Origin: Elusimicrobiota bacterium
GTDB lineage: Bacteria > Elusimicrobiota > Elusimicrobia > UBA1565 > JACRDR01
NCBI GenBank assembly: GCA_041694815.1
Contig: JBGFSC010000018.1
Location: forward strand, 1 to 64,000
Direction of reading: 5' to 3'
DNA: 64,000 nt
Shown here: positions 1 to 8,635 of the stretch, piece by piece
How positions within the stretch are numbered: position 1 is the first letter of the stretch
How the letters are laid out: every line of letters begins with the position of its first letter
The notes under the pieces: model-generated
Databases searched by the model: none
The model's input: the letters and a program-made list of their open reading frames with translations, nothing else
What the model was told of the DNA's origin: nothing
Program-made: the position numbers and the translations under genes

Positions 1-29
1 TGGCCGAACAACGTGTTATAATGGGACAT
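1..29 (-). CDS. 5' fragment of a probable IS4-family transposase (partial)
   Basis: ATG TCC CAT TAT AAC ACG TTG TTC GGC after a GGAGG SD; only 9 full codons are visible. Confidence 0.55.
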
Positions 30-117
30 AAGAATCCTCCGTCGGTAAGATGGTTCCTGAACAAAACCATTCTACCAATCAGACGGGGGATTCTCTATTT
101 TTCTTGGGACACTACTG
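1..117 (-). mobile_element. End of a probable IS4-family (DUF4372/DDE-type) insertion sequence; the element continues off the window
   Basis: The minus strand from 117 reads CAGTAGTGTCCCAAGAAA, which resembles IS4/DUF4372 termini as I recall them. It is followed by a GGAGG RBS and ATG at 29 encoding MSHYNTLFG, like DUF4372 transposase N-termini. The flank at 118-124 is CCTTAGG. Confidence 0.6.
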
Positions 118-154
118 CCTTAGGGAACGAAAGAATTGCTAGAATGCCCGCCCT

Positions 155-523
155 ATGGCCGAATGGCGGACCCTGGAGGATCTTAGAGCCGAGAGGCAGG
201 TCGCGGTGGTAATCGCCGATCATTTCGGAGTCATCAGCTACGTCAATCGCGCCTTCGAGGCGCTTTTCGGCTGGCAGGGCCGGGAGGCCGTAGGCCGCCC
301 GCTGACCATCATCATTCCTGAATCGTTCCGCGGGGCTCATCAGGCGGGCTTCTCGCGGCTCTTGGCGACCAATCAGCCCCGGCTCTTGAATCAGTCCATA
401 CGCCTGAAGGCCGTCGACAAACAAGGCAAGGAATTCATGGCCGAGCATTTCATCATCGGCGAAAGGGATGGCAACGGGCTCTGGACCTTCGGGGCGGCCA
501 TCCACCGGGCGATGCCGCGATGA
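155..523 (+). CDS. Stand-alone PAS domain protein
   Basis: PAS signature VVIADHFGVISYVNRAFEALFGW..EAVGRPLTIIIP; no output domain. Confidence 0.85.
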   Translation: MAEWRTLEDLRAERQVAVVIADHFGVISYVNRAFEALFGWQGREAVGRPLTIIIPESFRGAHQAGFSRLLATNQPRLLNQSIRLKAVDKQGKEFMAEHFIIGERDGNGLWTFGAAIHRAMPR

Positions 524-912
524 CGCGCGATCTGACGGATTTAATCGAGGAGCTGCGCGCCTCCTTGGGGATGTTCGAAATGGCCTTAAACGCCGTTCCC
601 CAGGGGATAGTGTCCGTCGATTCGAAAGGCACCATACTCTGGTGCAATGCGGCCTTCGAACGCATCGCGGGCCGCAGGCGTATCGAGCTCATCGGTTCCC
701 CGGTACAACGGACCTTGTCGCTGCGCCGACAAGGGAGAATAGTTGCCTGGCGCGAACATCCGGCAAATCTGGCCAGCAAGGCTTGGGAAGGGAAATCAAT
801 CCCTTACGAATTAATCGCTAAAAACAAGAATTTACCAATCCGAATAAGTCGGAACCGCTTTGGCGCAGGGCAAAAACATACAGGAATTGTTTTGGTCGTT
901 AATCATCCCTAG
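520..912 (+). CDS. PAS domain protein with an N-terminal coiled segment
   Basis: IVSVDSKGTILWCNAAFERIAG..ELIG; ATGA overlap with the upstream PAS gene. Confidence 0.8.
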   Translation: MTRDLTDLIEELRASLGMFEMALNAVPQGIVSVDSKGTILWCNAAFERIAGRRRIELIGSPVQRTLSLRRQGRIVAWREHPANLASKAWEGKSIPYELIAKNKNLPIRISRNRFGAGQKHTGIVLVVNHP

Positions 913-1750
913 GGAATCGGAAACGCTCTTGAGCGCTGTCCCAGTCAATCGCTTTCTCAGATAATTCTTTCCCCGCCGTTTGCAGAATGCGTTCGGCAAA
1001 GTCTTCGCGTTCCTGCGGCGTCAATCCCACTCCTAACACTTCGATCACATTGCGCTTCTTATCGACGACAACGGTTTTCCCGTTCCGAGCATTGCTAGTC
1101 CATGGCCTATGAGGAAAAACTGCGTGCCCTCCGCGCAGAACAAATTTACCATCAGAGGCCTCAGTCATATGCCTCATCATCCATTCCTTCATTTCAGGTC
1201 GGAATGGGTCTCCAAATTCCCGACGCAATGTCCGACGGAGATTTGACGTCCAGTTCTCGCCGTCGGTCTCAAAAAATCGCATGCCGTCTGCGGCATTCCA
1301 AATGACCATCGTTTTACGGCTTTCCGTATGACGGACCGCGAGTAGTTTAAATCCATCTTCACTAAACGTATAGAATCCCGCGTGGCTAAAGAAAAAGTGA
1401 TAATCCGGCAAAGGAGCTGGCAAAAGGTCGTCTATTAGAATCTTCCCGGAATCGGCGTCCAGTAAAAGCAGGCCCTCGCCACCGACCACCAGTATTCGAG
1501 ACCCATCCCGATTCGCTTGAAGCGTATGGAGGAATCCTAAATCTCGGCCAAAATAAAATTCCTTCGTCTGTTTACCATCAATGGCGTCAAATATTCTTAC
1601 TCCATGCGACGATGCTCCTATAATCTTCGAGCCGGCAGAACCCCAAATGGCCAACTGGACCCCGGGATAGTTCCATTGCACAAGGATGCGCGTTTCACTT
1701 TGCCCGGCATGAACGTTAAATCCAAACAACACAAAGACAGCCGCAAGCAT
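899..1750 (-). CDS. Exported hypothetical protein with WD40/beta-propeller-like segments
   Basis: Signal-peptide-like N-terminus (..NVHA). Repeats VRIFDAIDGK, LLLLDADSGK and VIWNAADG resemble propeller blades. GC is lower than in the flanks. Confidence 0.6.
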   Translation of the reverse strand: MLAAVFVLFGFNVHAGQSETRILVQWNYPGVQLAIWGSAGSKIIGASSHGVRIFDAIDGKQTKEFYFGRDLGFLHTLQANRDGSRILVVGGEGLLLLDADSGKILIDDLLPAPLPDYHFFFSHAGFYTFSEDGFKLLAVRHTESRKTMVIWNAADGMRFFETDGENWTSNLRRTLRREFGDPFRPEMKEWMMRHMTEASDGKFVLRGGHAVFPHRPWTSNARNGKTVVVDKKRNVIEVLGVGLTPQEREDFAERILQTAGKELSEKAIDWDSAQERFRFPRDD

Positions 1751-1831
1751 TCTAAAAATCTTTTATACGGTTTATCGGCGCTTCGCCTGAGACTAATGGC
1801 CTATTCGGTGGGTAGGACGAAAGGGAACCAT

Positions 1832-2623
1832 TTAAACGCTCATCCGGACCAATTGCCCGCTGCGCCGGCCCTGCTCGAGCATCCAGCCGGAGAAGGCGGC
1901 CGCCAAGGCCAGGTAAACCAAATTGATGGCCAAGGCCGCCCCGAAATGCCGCCAAGAAAAGACCGAGTTTAAGAGAAGCTCCCTCATCCCCTCCATCACC
2001 CAGGTGCTGGGCAGGAGCAAGGCGATCCGCTTAAGCCAGTCCGGATAGACGGACAACGGGTAGAAAATGGCGGAGAAGGGCTGAACCAGGAAGGGCACCC
2101 CCCAGACCAGGGCCTCGGCCGAATGGCCCCAATGTATGATTAATCCGGTCGTAAATAACCCCAGGGCCCAACCCATCAGCATCAGGTTGAGGAAAAACGG
2201 GACCAAGTAAAACCCCAGGATCGAGGGATCCAAGGCGTAAAAAAGAGCGGCGAAGCCCATCAGGAACACCCCGACGATCCCCGTCTTGATCAACCCGTAT
2301 AGGTAGGCGGAGGTGACCCATTCCCATGTCCTCAGTGGCGAGATGAGCAGGTTGACGATGTTGCGGGTCCAAAGCTCCTCCATAAAGGCGAGGCTGACCG
2401 ATTGCTGGGACCGGTATAAAATGTCCCAAAACACGAGGCCCAAGAGCAGCGCGGGTAGAAGGCGCCCGGTCGAGTCCGGCATGCGCTGCTGCAGGTAGAC
2501 GCTGAAGAATCCCCAGACCAAAAGCTCCATCAACGGCCAGAAGAAGAGCTCCATCACCCGTGCGGCGGAACGGAAATGCATCACCACGTAGCGGCTAAGC
2601 ATGGCCGATATGCGCCGCCTCAC
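1832..2623 (-). CDS. ABC-2 type transporter permease
   Basis: About six hydrophobic segments; FSAIFYPLSVYPDWL..LLP motif typical of ABC-2 permeases. Confidence 0.9.
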   Translation of the reverse strand: MRRRISAMLSRYVVMHFRSAARVMELFFWPLMELLVWGFFSVYLQQRMPDSTGRLLPALLLGLVFWDILYRSQQSVSLAFMEELWTRNIVNLLISPLRTWEWVTSAYLYGLIKTGIVGVFLMGFAALFYALDPSILGFYLVPFFLNLMLMGWALGLFTTGLIIHWGHSAEALVWGVPFLVQPFSAIFYPLSVYPDWLKRIALLLPSTWVMEGMRELLLNSVFSWRHFGAALAINLVYLALAAAFSGWMLEQGRRSGQLVRMSV

Positions 2624-3378
2624 GCGTTTTCCCCCTTCACGTCGCGGAGCTCTCCCTCCCGCGATAGTTTCAAGAACAGCTTTTCCAGGCTATCCTGGCT
2701 GAAACGCCGACGCAATTCCCCCGGCGTCCCCTCGGCTATCTTGCGCCCGCGGTGGAGGAATAAAACCCGGTCGCAGAGCCTTTCCACCTCCGCCATGTTG
2801 TGCGAGGTGTAGATCATCGACACCCGGCGCTCCTCGCGGACGCGCTGCAGCAGCGCGCGCACGCGGTCGGCCATATCCGGGTCGAGGCTCGCGGTGGGCT
2901 CGTCGAGAAATAACAGCTCGGGATCGTTGAGTAGGCTTTTGCAGAGATTAAGCCGCGTTTGTTCGCCGGAGGAAAGAGCCCCGGTGCGTACGGAGGCGAG
3001 ATGGCCTATATCGAGAAGCTCCATGAGCCCCGAAACCTTCCGCCCCGCGTCGGCGACACCGTAGAGCTCCGCGAAGATGCGCAGGTTCCGCCCGACGCTC
3101 AGATTGAAGGGAAGCTGCACGTAGGCGGAGGTGTAATTGATGCGGGGATATATCCGGTAGCGTTCCCGCTGCGGGCAGCGCCCGAGCACCGAGACCTCCC
3201 CCCTCGTCGGACGCAATATCCCCAGCAGTATGTGCAGCGCCGTCGTCTTGCCGGCGCCGTTGGGTCCCAGCAGGCCGAATATCTCCCCCTCCCCGACGGA
3301 AAAGGAAACGTCTTCTAAGGCATGCTTGCCGTCGAACTCCTTATGGAGACCTCGGGCGTCGACTTTAAATGCGCTCAA
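2620..3378 (-). CDS. ABC transporter ATP-binding protein (start probably TTG at 3378)
   Basis: Walker A GPNGAGKTT, signature LSSGE, Walker B LFLDEPT, H-loop TSH. Confidence 0.92.
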   Translation of the reverse strand: MSAFKVDARGLHKEFDGKHALEDVSFSVGEGEIFGLLGPNGAGKTTALHILLGILRPTRGEVSVLGRCPQRERYRIYPRINYTSAYVQLPFNLSVGRNLRIFAELYGVADAGRKVSGLMELLDIGHLASVRTGALSSGEQTRLNLCKSLLNDPELLFLDEPTASLDPDMADRVRALLQRVREERRVSMIYTSHNMAEVERLCDRVLFLHRGRKIAEGTPGELRRRFSQDSLEKLFLKLSREGELRDVKGENA

Positions 3379-4729
3379 AATAGCGCTCCCGCTCCCAGGA
3401 GCTGACCGTCTTCCGGAAGGCGGCCGTCTCCGCCCGGGCGGCGTGGAGGTAATGCTCGACGACATCCTCGCCAAAGGCTTCTCGTGCGGCGGCCGAGCCT
3501 TCGAAAAGCCGCGTCGCTTCCTCTAGGGAGCCGGGCACCTGCTCGGCCTTGGACTCGTACGCGTTGCCTTCCAAAGCCTTGGGCGGCTGTAATCCCTTCT
3601 CGATCCCATAAAGGCCGGCGGCGATGGTGGCCGCGAAGGCCAGGTAAGGATTGGCGTCGGCGCCCGGGATCCGATTCTCGATCCGGTAAGATTCCTCCTC
3701 TCCGACGATGCGGAACCCGCAGGTGCGATTGTCCCGCGCCCAGGCGACCCGGGTAGGAGCGAAGGTCCCGCTCTGGTACCTTTTATAGGAGTTGATCGTG
3801 GGCGCGAAAAATAAGGAGAACTCGCGGCAGAGCCTCATCTGCCCCGCCAGAAAATTGCGAAACAACGAGCTCGGGGCCCCTTTCGCCCGATCCCAGAACA
3901 GCGCCCTGCGGCCGGCCCGATCCCATAGGCTCGAGTGCAAATGGAAGCTGGATCCCGCCAAGGCGCCATCGAATTTGGCCATGAAGGTGAGCGAAGCTCC
4001 CTGGGACATGGCGATCTCCTTGGCGCCGTGCTTGTAAAGCGTATGCCGATCGGCCATTTCGAGCGCCTCGGCATAGCCGAGATTAATCTCATGCTGCGCG
4101 GGGCCCCATTCGCCCTTCGACGCCTCCACCGGGACGCCCGCTCCCTCCATGCCCCGGCGTATCGCGCCGACGACCGGCTCCACCCGGGTTCCTTGGAGCA
4201 TGTGATAATCCTCGATGTACCAGCCGTGATGCTTAAGGCCGCGATAGCCTTTTTCCTTAGCCGATTCGTAGGATTCCGAGAACAGGTAGAATTCCAGTTC
4301 CGAGGCCGTCTTCACCTGAAAGCCCTTTTGCGCTGCGCGAGTGATCTGCCGCTTAAGCACAGCCCTCGGGGAGACCGCGACCGGAGCCCCTTTTTCGTCT
4401 TCGAGATCGCAGATGATAAGGGCGCTTTTCTCGAGCCAGGGCGGCACGCGTATCGTCGAGAAGTCCGGGAGAAGATGAAAGTCCTGGTATCCCTTCTCCC
4501 AGCTCGTCAACTTGAATCCGGGAACCGGGTCCATCTCCATGTCGACAGTCAGGAGATAGGCGCAGGCATGCACGCCGTGGGATGCGGCGCTTTCTAGGAA
4601 AAAACGCCCGGTCAGCCGCTTGCCCATCCATCGGCCCTGCATGTCCGGGAAAACGAGCAATACCGTATCGATCTCGCCCCGCCGGATGGCTGCCTTGAGT
4701 TCATTGAGCGACGGCCTTGTTTTTGCCAT
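3365..4729 (-). CDS. Glutamine synthetase family protein (gamma-glutamyl-amine ligase, PuuA/GlnA2-like)
   Basis: Motifs SELEFYL, EWGPAQHEINL, FMAK..GSSFHLHSSL, DNRT..R and RIENRIPGADANPY; C-terminal SSWERERYFERI. Confidence 0.9.
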   Translation of the reverse strand: MAKTRPSLNELKAAIRRGEIDTVLLVFPDMQGRWMGKRLTGRFFLESAASHGVHACAYLLTVDMEMDPVPGFKLTSWEKGYQDFHLLPDFSTIRVPPWLEKSALIICDLEDEKGAPVAVSPRAVLKRQITRAAQKGFQVKTASELEFYLFSESYESAKEKGYRGLKHHGWYIEDYHMLQGTRVEPVVGAIRRGMEGAGVPVEASKGEWGPAQHEINLGYAEALEMADRHTLYKHGAKEIAMSQGASLTFMAKFDGALAGSSFHLHSSLWDRAGRRALFWDRAKGAPSSLFRNFLAGQMRLCREFSLFFAPTINSYKRYQSGTFAPTRVAWARDNRTCGFRIVGEEESYRIENRIPGADANPYLAFAATIAAGLYGIEKGLQPPKALEGNAYESKAEQVPGSLEEATRLFEGSAAAREAFGEDVVEHYLHAARAETAAFRKTVSSWERERYFERI

Positions 4730-4852
4730 GCGGCGATTATAGACAATCACCTGAGGCGGCGCAAGAAAGTTACTTAATAGCACTTAATAATAATTAACAA
4801 TACTAATAAGTAAAGTATAGTATTATACAACTATATATGGACGATATACGCT

Positions 4853-4868
4853 GTTTTCACGTGAAAAT
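4853..4868. promoter_or_regulatory. parS-like site 1 (GTTTTCACGTGAAAAT)
   Basis: Near-perfect 16-bp palindrome sharing the TTTCACGTGAAA core of canonical parS, upstream of parA. Confidence 0.85.
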
Positions 4869-4871
4869 AGA

Positions 4872-4900
4872 TTGACAAGTTACATATGGCAACTTATAAT
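4872..4900 (+). promoter_or_regulatory. Sigma70 promoter for parAB
   Basis: Exact TTGACA (4872-4877), 17-bp spacer, TATAAT (4895-4900). Confidence 0.85.
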
Positions 4901-4942
4901 CATCCCCATGAACAAGCTTTTACGCGCATCGGCAGCTCGGGG

Positions 4943-4958
4943 GTTTTCACGTGAAAAC
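4943..4958. promoter_or_regulatory. parS-like site 2 (GTTTTCACGTGAAAAC)
   Basis: Perfect 16-bp palindrome with the parS core, just upstream of parA. Confidence 0.88.
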
Positions 4959-4973
4959 TAGGTGGATAATATT

Positions 4974-5792
4974 ATGACAGAAATAATAGCCATAGCCAAT
5001 CAAAAAGGCGGGGTAGGCAAAACAACTACGTCCATTAACTTCGCGGCAGCTCTTGCCTGTCATGGACAAGAAACACTTTTGATAGATATGGACCCTCAAG
5101 GCAACACTACATCTGGCCTAGGATTCGATAAAAAAAATATAGAGCCTTCAATATATCCTGTATTGCTCCAACAAATGCCAATAGAAAAGACAATTAAAGA
5201 GACATCTATTGAATATTTAGACTTAATTTGTGCAAATACTGGTCTTATTGGCGCAGAAGTAGAACTAGTATCTGCAATGGCCAGGGAATCTCGATTAAAA
5301 CAAGCAATTGCTCCTATTGCAAACATTTATAGATTTATTATTATAGATTGTCCTCCTTCACTTGGTCTTTTAACCTTAAATGCACTAACGGCCGCTCATA
5401 GAGCTATTATTCCTATCCAGTGCGAGTATTACGCCTTGGAGGGGTTGGCTCATTTTATGGATACAGTGAATAAGATTCGAGCGGCCGTGAATCCAGGCCT
5501 CAGGATAGAGGGGGGTGTCCTAACTATGTTTGATGCGAGGGTTACCCTAGCCAATCAGGTTAAAACCGAGATTGAACGGCATTTTGGCGATTCATTTTTT
5601 AAAACCACCATTCCCAGGAATATACGTTTAGCGGAAGCTCCTAGCTTCGGCCAGTCGATCTTGCAATACGACCCAAAATCGAAAGGGGGGGAAGCCTATA
5701 TGGGCCTCGCCGAGGAATTCCTTCTGCGCCGCGGCTGGCAGCCCGCACCGCAGCCTCCGGCGGAACCTTCGCCAACGATGATCGCCGCATAG
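4974..5792 (+). CDS. parA: Chromosome partitioning ATPase ParA/Soj (alternative GTG start at 4962)
   Basis: Deviant Walker A NQKGGVGKTT, DMDPQGN, IDCPPSLG, IPRNIRLAEAPSFG. Confidence 0.96.
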   Translation: MTEIIAIANQKGGVGKTTTSINFAAALACHGQETLLIDMDPQGNTTSGLGFDKKNIEPSIYPVLLQQMPIEKTIKETSIEYLDLICANTGLIGAEVELVSAMARESRLKQAIAPIANIYRFIIIDCPPSLGLLTLNALTAAHRAIIPIQCEYYALEGLAHFMDTVNKIRAAVNPGLRIEGGVLTMFDARVTLANQVKTEIERHFGDSFFKTTIPRNIRLAEAPSFGQSILQYDPKSKGGEAYMGLAEEFLLRRGWQPAPQPPAEPSPTMIAA

Positions 5793-5802
5793 GAGAAAAA
5801 CC

Positions 5803-6672
5803 ATGAGACAGGCATTAGGCCGTGGACTCGACGCATTGATCCCTTCCATCGTTGACAACGGCGAATCGGGAAACCTGAAAAAGATCCCTATCGGGTCAAT
5901 CCGCCCCAATCATCTGCAGCCGAGAAAATATTTTGACCCAGAACGCCTAAGCGAGTTGGCTCAGTCGATAAAGGAACACGGCCTGGCGCAGCCTATATTG
6001 GTCTCGCAGATCGCAGGGACCGAACAATACGAGTTGATCGCCGGCGAGCGTCGCTGGCGCGCCTCACAGTTGGCAGGGATAAATGAAATCGAAGCGATTG
6101 TGCGCGCGCCATCTTCCGACAGGGAAAGACTGGCCGTCACCCTGATCGAAAATCTTCAGCGCGAAGACTTGAATCCGATCGAAGAGGCACTCGGCTATCT
6201 GCGGCTCATGAAGGAGTTCTCAGTCAATCAAAGCACTCTATCCGAACTTCTTGGTAAATCGAAATCGGCGATTTCCAATACTCTGCGCTTACTCGATTTG
6301 CCGGAAGAGATACAGAAAGCTTTGCAGTTCGGTCAGCTTACGGAAGGGCATGCCAGAGCCCTGCTCTCGATTGAAAATATAGTTGAAAAAAACAGGCTTT
6401 TTTCTATGATGCTGCAACAAGGTCTTTCCGTTCGCGAGGCGGAAGATTATGCCCGGCAGGTCCAAAATGGAACCCCCGCGGATAAACCCGTTCCACCTCG
6501 ATCCAAGAAGCATGGCATTTCGCCGGATGAAAAAGCGCTTCAGGAAGTATTGCAACAGCATCTCGGTACCAAGGTCGAGATCCGGTCCAAGAACGCGCAG
6601 CGCGGCAGCATCACGCTGCATTACTACAGTCTTGAAGATTTTGATCGTCTTATAGATATCCTTAAAAAATAA
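5803..6672 (+). CDS. parB: Chromosome partitioning protein ParB/Spo0J
   Basis: ALGRGLDALI N-terminus, AGERRWRA box, ENLQREDLNPIEEA, HTH, EGHARALL. Confidence 0.96.
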   Translation: MRQALGRGLDALIPSIVDNGESGNLKKIPIGSIRPNHLQPRKYFDPERLSELAQSIKEHGLAQPILVSQIAGTEQYELIAGERRWRASQLAGINEIEAIVRAPSSDRERLAVTLIENLQREDLNPIEEALGYLRLMKEFSVNQSTLSELLGKSKSAISNTLRLLDLPEEIQKALQFGQLTEGHARALLSIENIVEKNRLFSMMLQQGLSVREAEDYARQVQNGTPADKPVPPRSKKHGISPDEKALQEVLQQHLGTKVEIRSKNAQRGSITLHYYSLEDFDRLIDILKK

Positions 6673-7646
6673 TGGTAATTTTGCATTTGCTCGCGGCATT
6701 CTTCTGCGCCGCGAATTCGCAATCCGTTCCAGATTCTTCTTCAGCGCCGCTTCCGGTCTACGTGTCGCTTTCCTCGAATATCAACGATTTCGGTCGCTTC
6801 GCCGACGGCGGTTCCGATGAAAATTGGTATATTGGATTCAACAACGCCTGGATCGTGCAATTGCCGCCACCATCTAAAGGAGAATACAGCCGCGCCTTCA
6901 TCGGCGCCAAGATAGGGCGCGCCAAGACTCAAATCACTCCCGGGGGAGAGCATTGGGAACGCTCCCCTATACCCGGCAAAATATACATGGCCCTCTCCCC
7001 AACGCCCTCCTTTTCCAACGACAAAAGCTTTTTTCTCACCGACGCCTGGGACATACCCGTGGAGAACGACCCGCGCATCCACCTAACGGGCACGGGCCCC
7101 TCACGCTGGTTTTGGACGGAGGTGCCGCTAAGCTTGGTGAACTTTTCGGGGCCGAATTATTTGATCGTCTGGTCGCCGACCCCTTATTTCGTTTCCTCTA
7201 GCAGCGCCCCGATTTTGGCCGCCTTGGAGGAAAGCTCGTCGGAAGAAGGACCGCGCGCCTGGAACAACCGCTCCCTCGGGGGGGTCGCGCCGCGCAAGCA
7301 GGAAGGCACCTTGGAGACTCCTCTACGCTACCTCAAGCCAGCCCTGGCCCTGAGGCTCTCGCCGAGAAACGACTCGACGGTGATCGTGCGCGGTTGCGCG
7401 GTCGAGCCGAACGGCGACTCTATGATCTTTAAATTCTCCGTGGCCGGAGAGAACATCGAATCAGCCTGGCTCGAGCTCTCCTTGGACAAGCTGGACTGGG
7501 AACGCTATGGCCGCGTGCTCCTGCGTCCTCCCTACCAGGTCACGATACCGCGGGATTCGATCCCAGGCGACGGAGCCTATTTCCGCGCCGTCGCCATCGA
7601 CTCGCTCGGCAACGAAGGCGCCTGCCAAGGCCTGCTGCTGCCGTGA
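6672..7646 (+). CDS. Exported hypothetical protein coupled to parB
   Basis: 324-aa ORF with TAATG overlap with parB and a hydrophobic N-terminus; no family recognised. Confidence 0.75.
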   Translation: MVILHLLAAFFCAANSQSVPDSSSAPLPVYVSLSSNINDFGRFADGGSDENWYIGFNNAWIVQLPPPSKGEYSRAFIGAKIGRAKTQITPGGEHWERSPIPGKIYMALSPTPSFSNDKSFFLTDAWDIPVENDPRIHLTGTGPSRWFWTEVPLSLVNFSGPNYLIVWSPTPYFVSSSSAPILAALEESSSEEGPRAWNNRSLGGVAPRKQEGTLETPLRYLKPALALRLSPRNDSTVIVRGCAVEPNGDSMIFKFSVAGENIESAWLELSLDKLDWERYGRVLLRPPYQVTIPRDSIPGDGAYFRAVAIDSLGNEGACQGLLLP

Positions 7647-8626
7647 GTAAGGGACTCGTCGTCGCGGTGGTCGGGGCGACCGGACTCGTCGGTAGGGAGC
7701 TGCTCGAGACGCTGCGGCGGCGGAAATTTCCAGCCCGAAAAATACTCGCGTTCAACTCGCGGCGGCAGCCTACCCTCGCGGCGCTGCGCGGCGCCGAGCT
7801 CGTCTTTATGGTGTCCAGCGATTCCGTTTCCAAGCGTTTCTCCAAGCCCCTGGCCCGCTCCGGCGTCTGGGTCATAGACGACTCCTCCGCCTTTCGCCTA
7901 GACCCCGAGGTCCCGTTGGTCATTCCCGAGGTCAACGAGGACGCGTTGCGTCGCGATCGGCGCCTGATCGCTGGACCCAATTGCACGCTGACGGGGGCGG
8001 CGGTGGCCGGCCTTCCGTTGATCCGCGCGGCCGGGGCGGCGGCGCTGCGACTGGCCTCCTACCAGGCGGTTTCGGGCGCAGGGCGCGAGGCGATCGAGGA
8101 GTTCAAGTCTCAATGGCGGGCCGTGTCCTTGTCGAACGGCTCGGACCCGGCCGACCGGTTGCGGCGGCTTCAAGCGCGAGCGCTGCCCCAGCCCATCGCA
8201 CTCAATCTATTTCCTCAGGTGGGTTCTTTCGACGGCGCGGGGCATTCCTCCGAGGAGCGCAAGGTCGCCCTCGAGCTGCGCAAAATATGGCGTCTGCCGA
8301 AACTGCCAGTCAGCGCCACCGCCGTCCGTGTGTCCGTGCTCCGCGGACATTCCTTGGCGCTGTGGATCGAGATGAAGAAGGCTCTCTCTCCCGGGGCCGC
8401 GTGCCGTCTGCTGCGCCGCGCCGAGGGAGTCCGCCTATGGGGGGGCAACAGCTACCCGACGCCCTTATCGGCTGCCGGGAGCTGGCCGGTGCATGTCGCC
8501 CGAGTCCGGCAGGGCGCCCACGCCAAGGAGCTTTGCCTGTGGGTGTTCAGCGACAATCTGCTTAAAGGCGCGGCGCTGAACTCCGTGCAGATCGCCGAGG
8601 CGCTGCTGCGCAGGGGTTGGCTCTAA
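7643..8626 (+). CDS. asd: Aspartate-semialdehyde dehydrogenase
   Basis: GATGLVG, VIDDSSAFR, PLVIPEVN, catalytic PNCT, YQAVSGAG, GHS, DNLLKGAALN. Confidence 0.9.
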   Translation: MSKGLVVAVVGATGLVGRELLETLRRRKFPARKILAFNSRRQPTLAALRGAELVFMVSSDSVSKRFSKPLARSGVWVIDDSSAFRLDPEVPLVIPEVNEDALRRDRRLIAGPNCTLTGAAVAGLPLIRAAGAAALRLASYQAVSGAGREAIEEFKSQWRAVSLSNGSDPADRLRRLQARALPQPIALNLFPQVGSFDGAGHSSEERKVALELRKIWRLPKLPVSATAVRVSVLRGHSLALWIEMKKALSPGAACRLLRRAEGVRLWGGNSYPTPLSAAGSWPVHVARVRQGAHAKELCLWVFSDNLLKGAALNSVQIAEALLRRGWL

Positions 8627-8635
8627 AAACCCTTC

